DNA from: Takakia lepidozioides
Lineage: Eukaryota > Plantae > Bryophyta
Assembly (NCBI GenBank): GCA_030704615.1
Contig: CM060733.1
Span: 71,176,001-71,240,000 of the forward strand
Length of the DNA: 64,000 nt
Reading direction: 5' to 3'
Shown here: in pieces, positions 11,101 through 22,859 of the stretch
How positions within the stretch are numbered: position 1 is the stretch's first letter
Layout of the letters: every line of letters begins with the position of its first letter
Translations under genes and position numbers: made by a program
Notes under the pieces: generated by a model
Database searches by the model: none
What the model was told of the DNA's origin: nothing
The model's input: only the letters and a program-made list of their open reading frames with translations

Positions 11101-14100
11101 ATCTGATGGACAATCTCCACAGGTGACGACGAATGCGCAAGAGCAGCTGGACACACAAGCACATCAGTTCAAGATGGAGATATCTCCTGCAGCAGAGAGC
11201 CTGCGTGACTATGTGACGAGGTACTTTCTGCTCTACAAAACCAACCTATTCTTTCGGGAGATAGCAGATGCTCGCCGGAGCCACGAGTTCACCGACCAGC
11301 CGAACGCGGACAAAGCAGCAATGCGCCTTCTGTACAGGTACATACGCGCTGCCTTTCTTTCAAGTCCTGGCATTTCAGGATGTTAGAGGCCTAAGTGGTG
11401 TTAGGGAAAATGGCGCCGAATTTCCAGTCAGGGCTCCGAAAATGGCAAAGTCCCTAGACTGGCTGGCCCGGAACTGGAAATTCGGCGCCATTTTCCAGTT
11501 CCAGGCCCTATTGCCGTTCAGGGACTTAGCCATTTTCGGGCTAAGTCCCTAGTGTGGCTGGCCCGGAACTGGAAATTCGGCGCCGTTTTCCAGTTCTAGG
11601 CCCTATTGCCGTCCAGGGACTTAGCCATTTTCGGGCTAAGTCCCTAGACTGGCTGGCCATGAAGTGGAAATTCGGCGCCATATTCCAGTTCCAGGCCCTA
11701 TTGCCGTCCAGTGACTTAGCCATTTTCGGTCTAAGTCCCTAGGGTGGCTGGCCCGGAACTGGAAATTCGGCGCCGTATTCCAGTTCTAGGCCCTATTGCC
11801 GTCCAGGGACTTAGCCATTTTCCGGCTAAGTCCCTAGACTGGCTGGCCCTGAAGTGGAAATTCGGCGCCATATTCCAGTTCCAGGCCCTATTGCCGTCCA
11901 GGGACTTAGCCATTTTAGGTCTAAGTCCCTAGGGTGGCTGGCCCGGAACTGGAAATTCGGCGCCGTATTCCAGTTCTAGGCCCTATTGCCGTCCAGGGAC
12001 TTAGCCATTTTCGGGCCAAGTCCCTAGACTGGCTGGCCCTGAAGTGGAAATTCGGCGCCATATTCCAGTTCCAGGCCCTATTGCCGTCCAGGGACTTAGC
12101 CATTTTCGGTCTAAGTCCCTAGGGTGGCTGGCCCGGAACTGGAAATTCGGCGCCGTATTCCAGTTCTAGGCCCTATTGCCGTCCAGGGACTTAGCCATTT
12201 TTTGTGTAAGTCCCTAGGGTGGCTGGCCCGGAAGTGGAAATTCGGCGCCGTTTTCCAGTTCCAGGCCGTATTGCCGTCCAGGGACTTAGCCATTTTCGGG
12301 CTAAGTCCCTACACTGGGTGGCCCTGAAGTGGAAATTCGGCGCCATATTCCAGTTGTAGGCCCTATTGCCGTTCAGGGAGTTAGCCATTTTCGGACCTCA
12401 TTGGGTTTTTCATGAATGCAGGTACTGTAAGTTCTCGCTTTTGGAGAAAGGTCATCTGTCTTTCGAGCCACCATTCTTCCTGGCATGGAGGAACCCTGGG
12501 GCTGACTCCATGTACACTGACGATATTGTGAAGGAGTGGCATCTGGAACATTTGCGTGATTGCCCTTGGTATGTGGACCTTCCGCCCGGCTCGCTCGACC
12601 CATCCTAGTTTCAATTGAAGCTGGATGCTGAATTCCGACGAAACCGGGCTCCGCTGCCTCCGTTGGGTGCAAAAGAGGCAAAAGCGCTTGCGAACTCCAG
12701 GAAAGCGGCAGAGCTTGCTCAGGCAGGAATTCAAGAGAAATTGCATGAGAAGAGTAAAGGTCAAAGGAAAAGGACAAGGAAACAGGTGACTGCAGTAACA
12801 CCCAAAAAGAAGAAAACCATCGGGGCATCGGAGGAGGCGCAGGAGGGGACCCAAGAGAGTGACTCCGACGCCGATTTTGTTCAAGGTCCTGCGACTGCTG
12901 TTGCTCCTACCCAGTCACCGGTCGTCCGGGTTCCCAAGTCAGTTCGGAGTGGGACTGGCTCTGCCAAGAAGTTGGCATTTGAGGGCGAGCCTACACGGCG
13001 GTATTCGGCGGTGACGTTTACGCACAGGCCAAAGCTAGAACCTCCAACCATCATCCAATGCGTCAATGAGAGCTTCCTTGACGCTCTCGCTGCCAGGGCG
13101 AAGAAGGTGGCACACAACAAGTCTCTGGCGGAGCAGAAGGGAAAAGCCAAGAAGAGGGCTGCCGGTACAGAGCCTAAAGACACCCCTGGTTTTGAAGCCA
13201 TGATGGAATTCTTCACGGCTGTGAGCACGAATTGCAAGAGCACTCGGGGGGGGTTGAGGTGGAGAGAGCTTGCGACATGATTCTCCTCGACATTCCAGAT
13301 GGGGAGCTGCTGGAGGGCCTGGATGGTGTGCCCACCTGGAACAGGTTTACTGAGGACTACTGGAAAGCCGGGTTTGGGCTGGCGGGGATGCTTCTGGATG
13401 ACGGTGGATGTGTGGTTGTCCTTGCCACGAGAGGGAAGACCACAGAGAATGCGGTGGCAAGGTGGACACCGAAAAGTGTCACCCCGGTCCTCCTCAGAAA
13501 ATGGTTCTGCATCAGTACGCAGGGGTTGCGAACAGAGGGCCAAAGTGTAAGTTATCAATCTATTGCATTCACTTCATATTGTGGTGTATGTTAAGTAGAC
13601 CCTGGAATTGATCCCTTCTTTGTTGGATGTGCAGACATTGGTGTTTGAGGCATATTGCTTTGTGAAGAGAGGGTCTACGTTCAAATTCCGCAACGACGGT
13701 CGTCTTGTTGATGCCGCTGTGGACCCTGTAACCTACGATGTCCTCTACAACTATGTGCCCCACTCTAGTATGCCGAAGGACACAAAGACAGGCAAACCGT
13801 GGCGGTACAGCCGGACCCGAAGCCCTGCTTTCATCCAAACCCTCATGGAGACGTGCTCGGATGTCCAAGGGCGGATTCTGGACCTCACATGCGGCACGGG
13901 TAAGCCTTCACGTGCTCAGTTTGTCCCCTGGCCCCATTGCAATTGCATGCCGCAAGCTATTAACCGCCCGCTTTGTTCCTCAGGTGCTTCAATGTGGGCA
14001 GGGACGTTGTCCGACAGGCATGTGTTCGCCTTCGAGCCAGATACTGCCCTCCACAACTCGGAACTTGCAGCGGCTGAACGTCTGCCGAAAGAGGAAGAGG

Positions 14101-14771
14101 CATCCTCGGAGGATGAGGAAAAATCCGAGAAGGAGCAGGGGGAGGAAGTTGGGATCGAGGCCGAGGAGCCCCCGGTTTACGAGTGAGTGGTGGCATTGTA
14201 AGTTGCCTCCAGATTTTGTGAGGCACCTCCCTCCGCTCTCTTATTTCATTGAAAACCCTTTCTGGTTGTGCTGGTATTGACATTCTTCAAGTGGATTTGT
14301 TCTTACTGTAGGATGCCAAGTACTGCCGGAGGGACGTCTACACCGGAGTTCATGGGCAGGAGGAACGTGCCTTTTTTTGCCAGGGGAGATTTCATGCCTA
14401 GTCCAGAAAGGGAGTACATCCTGCCTACTTATGCTGCCCGGCTTGCTTCGGTGTCCATTAGGAGGTGTTCCGAACGTAGTCGTGTACAGCAGATTTTAGA
14501 CGAGGCAAGCCTCAAGAAAATGAAGATGAGGGAGGAGGCAGCAGCTATTAGAGCCCGTCGGGCTCGTAGATTTGTGTTGGATTCTGCTGAGGAAAGTGGG
14601 GGAGAAGACGCAGAAGATTCCCAGGAGGTGAGGTGGACAGTCCCCCAAGGAGAGGACGGGATTTTTGAGAGGCATAGTGGAACTGATGCATCACAGAGCT
14701 CGGAGGATGAGGGGGATGAGGGGGATGAGGAAGAAGGTGGGGCAAGTTCCTCGGAGGGTGTAGGAGAGTAG
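8156..14771 (+). pseudogene. ParB/Srx-like + beta-class N6A/N4C DNA-methyltransferase-like fusion gene, 10 exons, ~1,495 codons (copy A)
   Basis: Inferred exons 8156-8332, 8680-10121, 10240-10429, 10532-10816, 10902-11027, 11123-11337, 12422-13546, 13635-13899, 13984-14182, 14312-14771 splice in phase. ParB-like IPLCRLVSLQVVRPALPGDIDKLKFSF..GY...FYVWDGNHRLLAW. MTase-like DMILLDIPDG ... RSPAFIQTLMETCS...ILDLTCGTG|ASMWAG..RHVFAFEPD. Only two lesions: TAG at 12606 (GAG in copy C) and a G-run one base short at 13246-13253. Confidence 0.8.
11404..12395. repeat. Intronic tandem array, 95-bp units (190-bp higher order), each with CTGGAAATTCGGCGCC(A/G)TATTCCAG
   Basis: Palindrome starts at 11476, 11571, 11666, 11761 etc. 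Lies wholly within intron 11338-12421. Confidence 0.95.
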
Positions 14772-14935
14772 TGCCCATTCCGGCTATGACAGTTAGAACA
14801 CACTTGTATAGACGTGGCTTGCCACAAAATTTGCAATAAAATGTTGCATTTTAAGTCCACTGGTGCCACATTCCAACTTCACATGACCCTATTTCCGTGC
14901 CTCCTAACCCTATTTCCGTGGACTCACAATGGTCT

Positions 14936-15006
14936 GCTCATGCTTTTTTTTTTCCGCTCATGCTCATGCCGCTCATGCTCATGCCGCTCATGAAATAGCA
15001 GCCCCC
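14936..15006 (-). repeat. Right TIR and subterminal GCTCATG repeats of copy A
   Basis: Reverse complement GGGGGCTGCTATTTCATGAGCGGCATGAGC matches the ends at 22964 and 26356. Confidence 0.75.
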
Positions 15007-15196
15007 AGTGCCAGGTGGGCCTATAGCCACTCGAGACAACGAAGTCCATCCCCCCTTCGATGTAAATACGACGCCGAATTTCCATCCGGGGGATGGACTT
15101 CGGTGGCAGATTTAAAACTATACCCCGTGGATGAGAAAGAGGTATCGGTTCATCCACCGCTGGCTTGTTGAACACGTTACACGATGATTGGTGAGT

Positions 15197-16366
15197 ACTC
15201 GGTACCCTTCTCGAAATGCGAACTTGAGCTTATCCACATCTCCGGGAAGTGCCTGCCTGACGATGGGAAGGGAGACCATGCGACAGAGTGGGATTCAAAG
15301 AGTCCGCTGGAATACCCTGCTGCCCAGAACTCTGCCAATGCTACTATGTGTCTCCTCCAACATTGTATCCGCTGCACTTTGGAATTCCTCTAGAGACATT
15401 TCTGCTGGTGGTGGCAGGGGCTGAGCAGCTTGAGCATCCCCAACTGGAGCTGCACTCTGGGGAATCTTTGCGGACAATTGTGCAATTGCAGAGGCCTCCT
15501 CCGGGCCTTCAGTGGTCAGGTCTTCCTCAACTGTGGTCAGGTCTTGCTGAGAACGTTGAGAGGCAGCACCCTCCTCCGGTACCAGATCTCCGGTTGATCC
15601 CATTGGCTTCGCTGCAGCAGGTTGGAAATCAAGCAGGAACTAGGCTTTAGCTCGTGGAATCGAATTTGGAGACTGCTCCGCCCTCCCCCTGATTGCCTTG
15701 TGCTTCCTCATTCTTGCAGGTGAAGGTGTCTGTTGCAATTGAATCTGCTTCATTCGCCTGGGTGGGGGGGAAACGGCCTGGTCCGGTTCAGAAACAAGTT
15801 GAAGGACGGGCTGCTTCTTCTTCGTCTTTGCTGGAGAAGGGCTAGACCCCTGCTGGCGATTCTCCATGACCTTTGAAGGCGAGTCGCTCTCTGGGGCTTT
15901 GAACTGCAAGGACTTGCCCTTGGAAGCCGCGTCCTTGAAACGCACAGGGCTAGGACCGGCAGGAAGACCCGTGCTCGCGGATCGGCTGGGTGTGCGTGCT
16001 GCAGCTAGCTCCACGGACTCTGCCTGCGGCTCTTCGGATTCCTGCAATCCCTCCAGCACGTCCACCTTTCCGGTTAGACATGCAAACATCTTCTGCAGTC
16101 AAGTCTCCTAGCATACAGTCTAAGAATTGCAGAAGAAAAATGAGGCGGGTTTTGGTGCTCGATCAGCTGGCGAATCCCGATAGCACGGAGCTCTCACTGG
16201 TGGCAAGGTTGCCTGCGTGGCCTGATGCTGCGAGATGGCAATCTCCTCCTTTAGACGCATCTGCTTCCTCCCCTTCGGCATTGGCCTACGTCCGAAGTAC
16301 AATTTTTGGAGCTTGCGACGATGTCTCTTCTCTGGTGCACGCACTCCCTCCCTCTCAGGTTCGAGC
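15197..16366 (-). pseudogene. 5' part of ParB-MTase gene (copy B), truncated inside the ParB domain
   Basis: Exon-1 motif RHRRKLQKLYFGRRP; AADTMLEETHSSIGRVLG...RTL*IPLCRMVSLPIVRQALPGDVDKLKFAFREGYR is homologous to copy A. In-frame TAG (15640) and CGA>TGA (15295) stops. Confidence 0.85.
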
Positions 16367-16685
16367 ATAAGAAGAACAGAGACAGGGAAAAGGGGCGAAG
16401 AGAGCAGATGGAAAGGGCGCGAGAGGGGTGACGGAGGAGACACGACAAAAGCAGATGAAACGGCGGTGATGCAGCACTTGGGTTCGAAAGGGTTGGAGGA
16501 AAGTGTCTCCTCGTGGACTTTGCGTCATTACGAAATTCGAATCGTTCAGGATACGCCTGCCGTCCGAAAAACAAACATCATTATCCAACGGTCAGGCCGA
16601 GCCGCCTCATGCCACTTCAGTCAGATAGAGTGCAGACACATGCCGCAATTCCGATGCTCCACGTGTTCAAATTTGGAGTTGGAGT

Positions 16686-18540
16686 GAAAATGCGAATGCG
16701 GCGCCGCATTTCCGTTAAGTACCATCACGAAGCTACACATCCGTGCTTGTTGGAAGAAAATGCGGCACCGCATTTCCGTTCCACCTTCACATACCTTAGT
16801 TGTTGAACGGAAATACGGTGCCGCATTTCCGTCCCACAGCTCAATGTATGAGATACAAAAGGGAAATGCGGCGCCGCATTTCCGTTTAGGAATGTCGAAA
16901 CGTGCGATTCGGACGGAAATGCGGCACAGCAATTCAGTTCCCGTGGTTCATGATTTTCAATCTGAAAGGAAATGCGGTACCGCATTTCCGTTCTGTACAG
17001 TATTAAGGTCTGACCCTGGCGGAAATGCGGTGCCACATTTTCGTTCCAAAGCTCTATGCCTCACATACAAAAAGGAAATGCGGCGCCGCATTTCCGTTTT
17101 GGAATGTCGGAAGGTGCGACTCCGACGGAATTGCTGTACCGCATTTTAGTTCCGATGTTTCACGATTTTTCATAAGAACGGAAATGCGGTACCGCATTTC
17201 CGTTCTGGAGAGTATGAAGGTCTCACCCGGGCGGAAATGCGGTGCCGCATTTCCGTTCTAGCTTGTGAGGGAGGTGCGACTCGGATGGAAATGCGCTGCC
17301 GCATTTCAGTTCCGATGGTTCACGATTTACAGTCAGAACGGAAATGCGGTACCGCATTTCCGTTCTGGAGAGTATGAAGGTCTCACCCTGGCGGAAATGC
17401 GGTGCCGCATTTCCGTTCTAGCTTGTGAGGGAGGTGCGACTCGGATGGAAATGCACTGCCGCATTTCAGTTCCGATGGTTCACGATTTACAGTCAGAACG
17501 GAAATGCGGTACCGCATTTCCGTTCTGGATAGTATGAATGTCTGAAGCGGTCGGAATTGCGCTGTCTCAAACGATCGGAATTGCACTGGGCTCCATGCAT
17601 CAGATACAAATCGGAAATGCGGCTCCGCATTTCCGTTCTGGAATGTCGGAAATTGCCGCTCGGACGGAAATGCGGTGCCGCATTTCTGTTCCCGTTGTTC
17701 ATAATTCTCAATCAGAACGGAAATGTGGTACCGCATTTTCGTTCCACCTTCACATACCGTGCTTGCTGGATGGAAATGCGTTACCGCATTTCCGTTCTGG
17801 AGAGTATTAAGGTCTCACCCGGGCGGAAATGCGGTGCCGCATTTCCGTTCTGGAATGTCGGAAAGTGGGACTCGGACGGAAATGCGGTGCCGCATTTCTG
17901 TTCCCTTTGTTCATGATTCTCAATCAAAACGGAAATGCGGTACCGCATTTCCGTTCCACCTTCATATACCGTGCTTGCTGGAGGGAAATGCGTTACCGCA
18001 TTTCCGTTCTGGAGAGTGTTAAGGTCTCACCCGGGCGGAAATGCGGTGCCGCATTTCTGTTCCCTTTGTTCATGATTCTCAATCAGAACGGAGATGCGGT
18101 ACCGCATTTCCGTTCCACCTTCAGATACCGTGCTTGCTGGATGGAAATGCGTTACCGCATTTCCGTTCTGGAGAGTGTTAAAGTCTCACCCGGGCGGAAA
18201 TGCGGTGCCGCATTTTGGTTCTGGAATGTCGGAAAGTGCAACTCGGACGGAAATGCGGTGCCTCATGTCTGTTCCCTTTGTTCATGATTCTCAATCAGAA
18301 CGGAAATGCGGTACCGCATTTCCGTTCCACCTTCACATACCGTGCTTGCTGGATGGAAATGCGTTACCGCATTTCCGTTCTGGAGAGTGTAAAGGTTTCC
18401 CCCGGACGGAAACTCGGTGCCGCATTTCCGTCGCTCTGGTGCATGACCAAGATGCAATACGGAAATACGGCGCCGTATTTCCGTGTAGCAGCAATCGAAA
18501 GAATCACTCCGGACGGAAATCTGAGACCTCATTTCCGCAT
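16686..18540. repeat. Array of palindrome CGGAAATGCGG(T/C)(A/G)CCGCATTTCCG, 53-54 bp period
   Basis: Roughly 30-35 copies; starts at 17180, 17233, 17287, 17340, 17393, 17447, 17500. The 29-30 bp linkers recur in 3-4-unit cycles. Confidence 0.95.
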
Positions 18541-18917
18541 GCTGAACCTGAATGGGTTGCATTGTTCCGAAACAACAGAATTGCGGCCAGTCTTGATGAG
18601 CACAACTAGGTTGTCTGACCGTTTTAACTAACAGTCCTGGCACTTGTCAGTGCGAACGCTCCTGTCTGTACCGAGAATACTGCTGGATCCACCCTCAGGA
18701 GAAACTGTCAGGAGATGTTATTTCGTCGCCGATTCGGCCATCATTGTCTAACTTACTGGCTATGGAATCACACCTCCTACTTTCATGCATGTAGCTTGAA
18801 ACTATACTTTCCACTTCAATGTGCGACTTCCAATCGTCGATGGACTCCGCATGGTGCCTGTGAGCCTCGTCTGTCGCTATATTGAACCTCGCGCTTACCA
18901 ACTTCGTGCGGTGTTCG

Positions 18918-21900
18918 ATGGCTTCGAATTCCTACGCTATAGTTTGCTGTCCTCCGCAACTTGGGAGAGCCTGGATCCCAAACGAGGGAGGACTTTGCAG
19001 AGTGACCGAAACTTACCTTTGTTCTAAATTCAAGCTCAAACCGGGCACAGTTTATTTGGAAGAAGAAAGGAAGGATGTTCCTGGACAGGTTGACGAGACC
19101 ATTGTCGTGCTAGGTAACGATGGAGGTTGCGGAATCGAATGGCACGTACCCCCATCAGACACCATCCTATACCGAGCTGTGGGAATGCCCATCCCCTTTC
19201 CGAATCAGTCGCTGCCCACACCATCCACAAAGGAGTCCGGAAACCGACAGGCGGCCACTGCCAACAGAGAGGTATGCAACGATAATCATTCCCGACCTGG
19301 ACCGTCAAGACCCTCCATAGCTTCTCGTGTGGACGTATTCGACATTTCCGACGATGAAGATGAGTGCATTGAGGTCCCCATGTCCTCCACACGGTCGTTC
19401 AAATCCGACATGGACGTCTCTGCAGGTGCTACGCATGTACTCTCGAGCATAACTCCAACCCGGTCCATTGCGCAGCTCCTACGGCAACATCACCTCGATG
19501 GTTCTCGCTCCGAGCTGGCTGCTCTCGACTATGCCAAATTTCCGGTCAGGAAGGTAACGTATCTACCTCCCGAAGTCGATGGCAATGTCATCTTCGAGTT
19601 TCCACCTGTCACTTCCTCAAACAAAGCCTCAGGGATGTTAACAGACATGGATCGAAAGCATGACGGACACCCCTGGTGTGTGACGAAGACCAGTAGCACG
19701 AAAATTGCTGATGGTGTTCGTGTACGATACGTCCTCTGTGCGGGGAAGCTGAGGTGCCTGAATCCCGCCTGCTTCCACTTTCTTTCCAAAGGAGGGCGGA
19801 GAAACGAGACGGATTGGACTGGCACAACGCATCATCCATTCATTGTCTCCAGCCAAGCTCCTGCGGGTACTTTCAAGTGCGCACATTGCAAAGAACCACC
19901 GACGTGCATGTCCATGTGCAGAGCCAAGAATATTACGTTATCCATTTGCTCCCGGACTTGACTAGAGCTTGCATACACATTGGGGTCCACTGCCACCCCT
20001 TGGCGAGAGGCAACATGCGTGAGGCTGTGCAGGAAGCACACGACATCATAAAAGAGGAGGTGAAAATTGAGCCCCGGAGCCAAACCAAAGCAGATTCAGC
20101 TGAAGGCAGCCCACAAGATTGCTCTTGGCAAAATCATGTCTGAAGATGGTTCAGACCGAGTGCCCTTGAATGAAGAGGAGATGCTTGACCTGTTGGAGTC
20201 GGTCTCGCACATTTGTAGTCCGAATGTGCGGAATCACATCGTATCTTGCAAGCAGGAGTTCGGCCGGGGGTCGGACATGCACTCAATCCTGGAGGTGAAA
20301 CGAATGACTGGATATGACTACATCCAAGGTAGCAGGTTTCCAGGGCAAGGCAGCAAATCCGATCGTTGTTACATTTTTAAAATGTCGGCGTGTGGGCGTG
20401 GGAGTGGAGTCGACTTGGTCACTCGCATGACAACTGGAAACCTGTCGAATGCTTGGGTGATGTTTGATCACATCAAGCGAATTACAAACCATCAGTGGGT
20501 GACTATGGGTGCGCATGTTTATGACTATCACTCCAAGAGGCTCATGACGATTGCAATCTGCGAGATGAAAGGGGAGGACACACAGTCGGAGATGCATCTG
20601 TGGGAGGGCATAAGCGAGCAGATGGCAAGGGCGGGATTGCCAGAGCCCAATTTCAGGGGATGCTTGGCAGACAACGCTCAGGCCAACTGGGCAGCGGTGT
20701 GGCGTGTGTATGGTGAGGACCCCAATGTGCCAATGGAGGGGAAAGAGAGATCCTGTGGATTCCATTGGATGCAGAGTCTATCCCACTACACTACCAAATT
20801 TGTTGCTAGCTCATTCCAGGCTGAACACCGTGTCCTTTGTACGGCGTGGAAGGATGCACCCACATTTGATGACGCGGAGGTTAAGTTTGCTATCATCGAG
20901 GCTTGGTGGAACACGTCAGGTGCAGTGGAGACAACCAATCTGGGAGCCTTGCACAGCTGGTTGGGGTGGTGGCATTTCCGGTATCGACAGTTCGGACAGT
21001 ACATGCGGGAGGTATGATGCTGTCATTTTCGTGCAATTGTCTTTCTATTACGGACCTTTCCATTGGTTCCTCACCATTGTCTGTGTCCTTGTAGGAGCGG
21101 TGCTTGGATTCCGACACGGACATGCCGAACACGAATATGGCAGAATCAGTGCACTCCTCCTGGCGAGCGTCTTCTGCCGCACATCTGGTGGACGTAGTGA
21201 CGGCCACAACGGAGGACATCAACAGAGCAATCATGCAGCAAGCCACGTACTACAAGTTCCTGAGCGGGAAACAATGGGGCTTTGGGCCGGACAGGGAGGA
21301 ATTGTTGGTGCGAACAGCTTCGAGGTCGAAGAATCCACTGAAATGGGCGACATAATTGCGAGAGAAGATCAAAGGGACGCCTCTGCACCGCAGAGGTGAG
21401 CACCTAGAGGTGTCCCTGCTCCTACTTTTACAGGAAGATTTGTCCATGCAAAGTTTGCGGAGGCGACAACCACCCAGTTCTGGTTCTGCAGGCACGACAT
21501 TATGACTTGCGTGTATGGAAAGCCCAAGTACAGCATACAAACAATGCCAGAGGCTCCCCCGGTGTGGCCGGTGGAACCAGGCTGCGATCTGAGTCAGGTT
21601 GAGGCCGACGCCCTTACCGCCGCAGGATTTCGGATGGTGCAGCGCACTGACGTCCCCAGACAACCATTTCCGCTTCCACAGCCTCCACCACCGACCCCTG
21701 TGAGAGCAAGAACAATGGGACCCGACAGCTCTAAGCATCCTACACACCGTTGGGGGAAACCGAAGAGGCGGCGACCTCCCTCAAAAGTGAACGAGACAAG
21801 GATGGGGAATGCACTTCGGATGAACTGTACAATCCAGAGCTCGACAGAAGTGCCCCACCAGGCTTCGGGCGTGTGTATCAGATGGCCACGGCAGGCTCAG

Positions 21901-22133
21901 CTGTTTGCAATGAGGTGTACACCATCACCATTTCAGAATTACCCACCTGCAATTGCACCGACTTTCAGATCATGGCGAACAAGGGGGCATCATACTGCCC
22001 TTGCAAGCATCTGTACTACGTGTACCTAAAGAGACTCCGGTGTAATTCCACAACTCATCACTTCATACATGCACAAGGGTTGAGCCCCCAAGAGGTGCAC
22101 ACTCTTCTGAATATGGATCCAGGGGACCAGTGA
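18918..22133 (+). pseudogene. Mutator-like (MULE) transposase with Cys/His-rich (GCM/WRKY-like) N-terminal region, DDE core and SWIM finger (copy B)
   Basis: CAGKLRCLNPAC...CAHCKEPPTC...CIHIGVHCHP; WVMFDHIKR (D), LADNAQANW (D), SCGFHW (CxxH), TNMAESVH (E), PTCNCTDF...PCKHLYYV (SWIM). Intron 21012-21094. Frameshifts at ~19930 and ~20067, stop at 21353, deletion at ~21410 relative to copy C. Confidence 0.88.
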
Positions 22134-22859
22134 CCTTGGCTTGCGGTCCCAACACAATGGTACGCCCATCCTTTTCGGATAGTAGAACTGTACTGCTGCA
22201 AGTAGCTCTGACTCTGGCCACAGAAAGGTCCGACTTATGTCTTGCCTACCAGTAACCTATTTTGCTCGAACGTCGATAATACTATGTCATTCACTCGTGT
22301 TTCCACATGCATGTATTTTTGTGTGTTGGAGGGATCCTGTTTTTCTGCTCTCCCAAACTTTGCTTTCCTCATTCGACCGCCGGCAAGGAAATGCGGCGCC
22401 GCATTTCCAAGTAACGTCGTAGGTACTGGTAGATGCGGCATTCACCAACACCAAACTGCCCAGAAATTTCGCACGTGCGAACCCTAATGCGGCACCGCAT
22501 TTCCTAGTTCACTTGCAAAACTTTCCCGCCGAATACTGGAGGATGACAGAATTGTGCAGACTCTATTGGTTCAGTCGCGGCAAAAGGGTCAGCTTCATTC
22601 CAATGTTAAGGCATGTAAAACCGCGGAATACTCTATACAGGCCAGTATGCGACGTCCTTTTGTCGTGGTATACTGGATTTCTCGTTGCACGGTCACTCAT
22701 TTCCATGAGCGGATCTAAAAAACCATGAGCGGAGTTGTTACTGACGACATATCTTCGCCGCATTACAGGATCCGTAACTTCCAAAAACGGCAAGGTCAAA
22801 TAAAAAAACTATTATTTTAATACTTGTTTAATCTGCCGCATTTCCAAATTTGGAGGAGT

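Larger units (their letters stand above)
6619..15006 (+). mobile_element. Copy A of MULE/ParB-MTase transposon (left part lost in gap)
   Basis: Highly similar to 31.9-39.3 kb. Ends in GCTCATG repeats plus GAAATAGCAGCCCCC, the reverse complement of the family terminus GRGGnnnnCTAT. Confidence 0.8.

Noticed and set aside
8156-14771. Bacterial or phage contamination as the source of the ParB-MTase gene
   Set aside because: The gene has in-phase spliceosomal introns at conserved positions and lies within plant-type TE ends.
16686-18540. CRISPR array (24-bp palindromic repeats with 29-30 bp spacers)
   Set aside because: The linkers recur in cycles rather than being unique, no cas genes are present, and the context is a eukaryotic TE.
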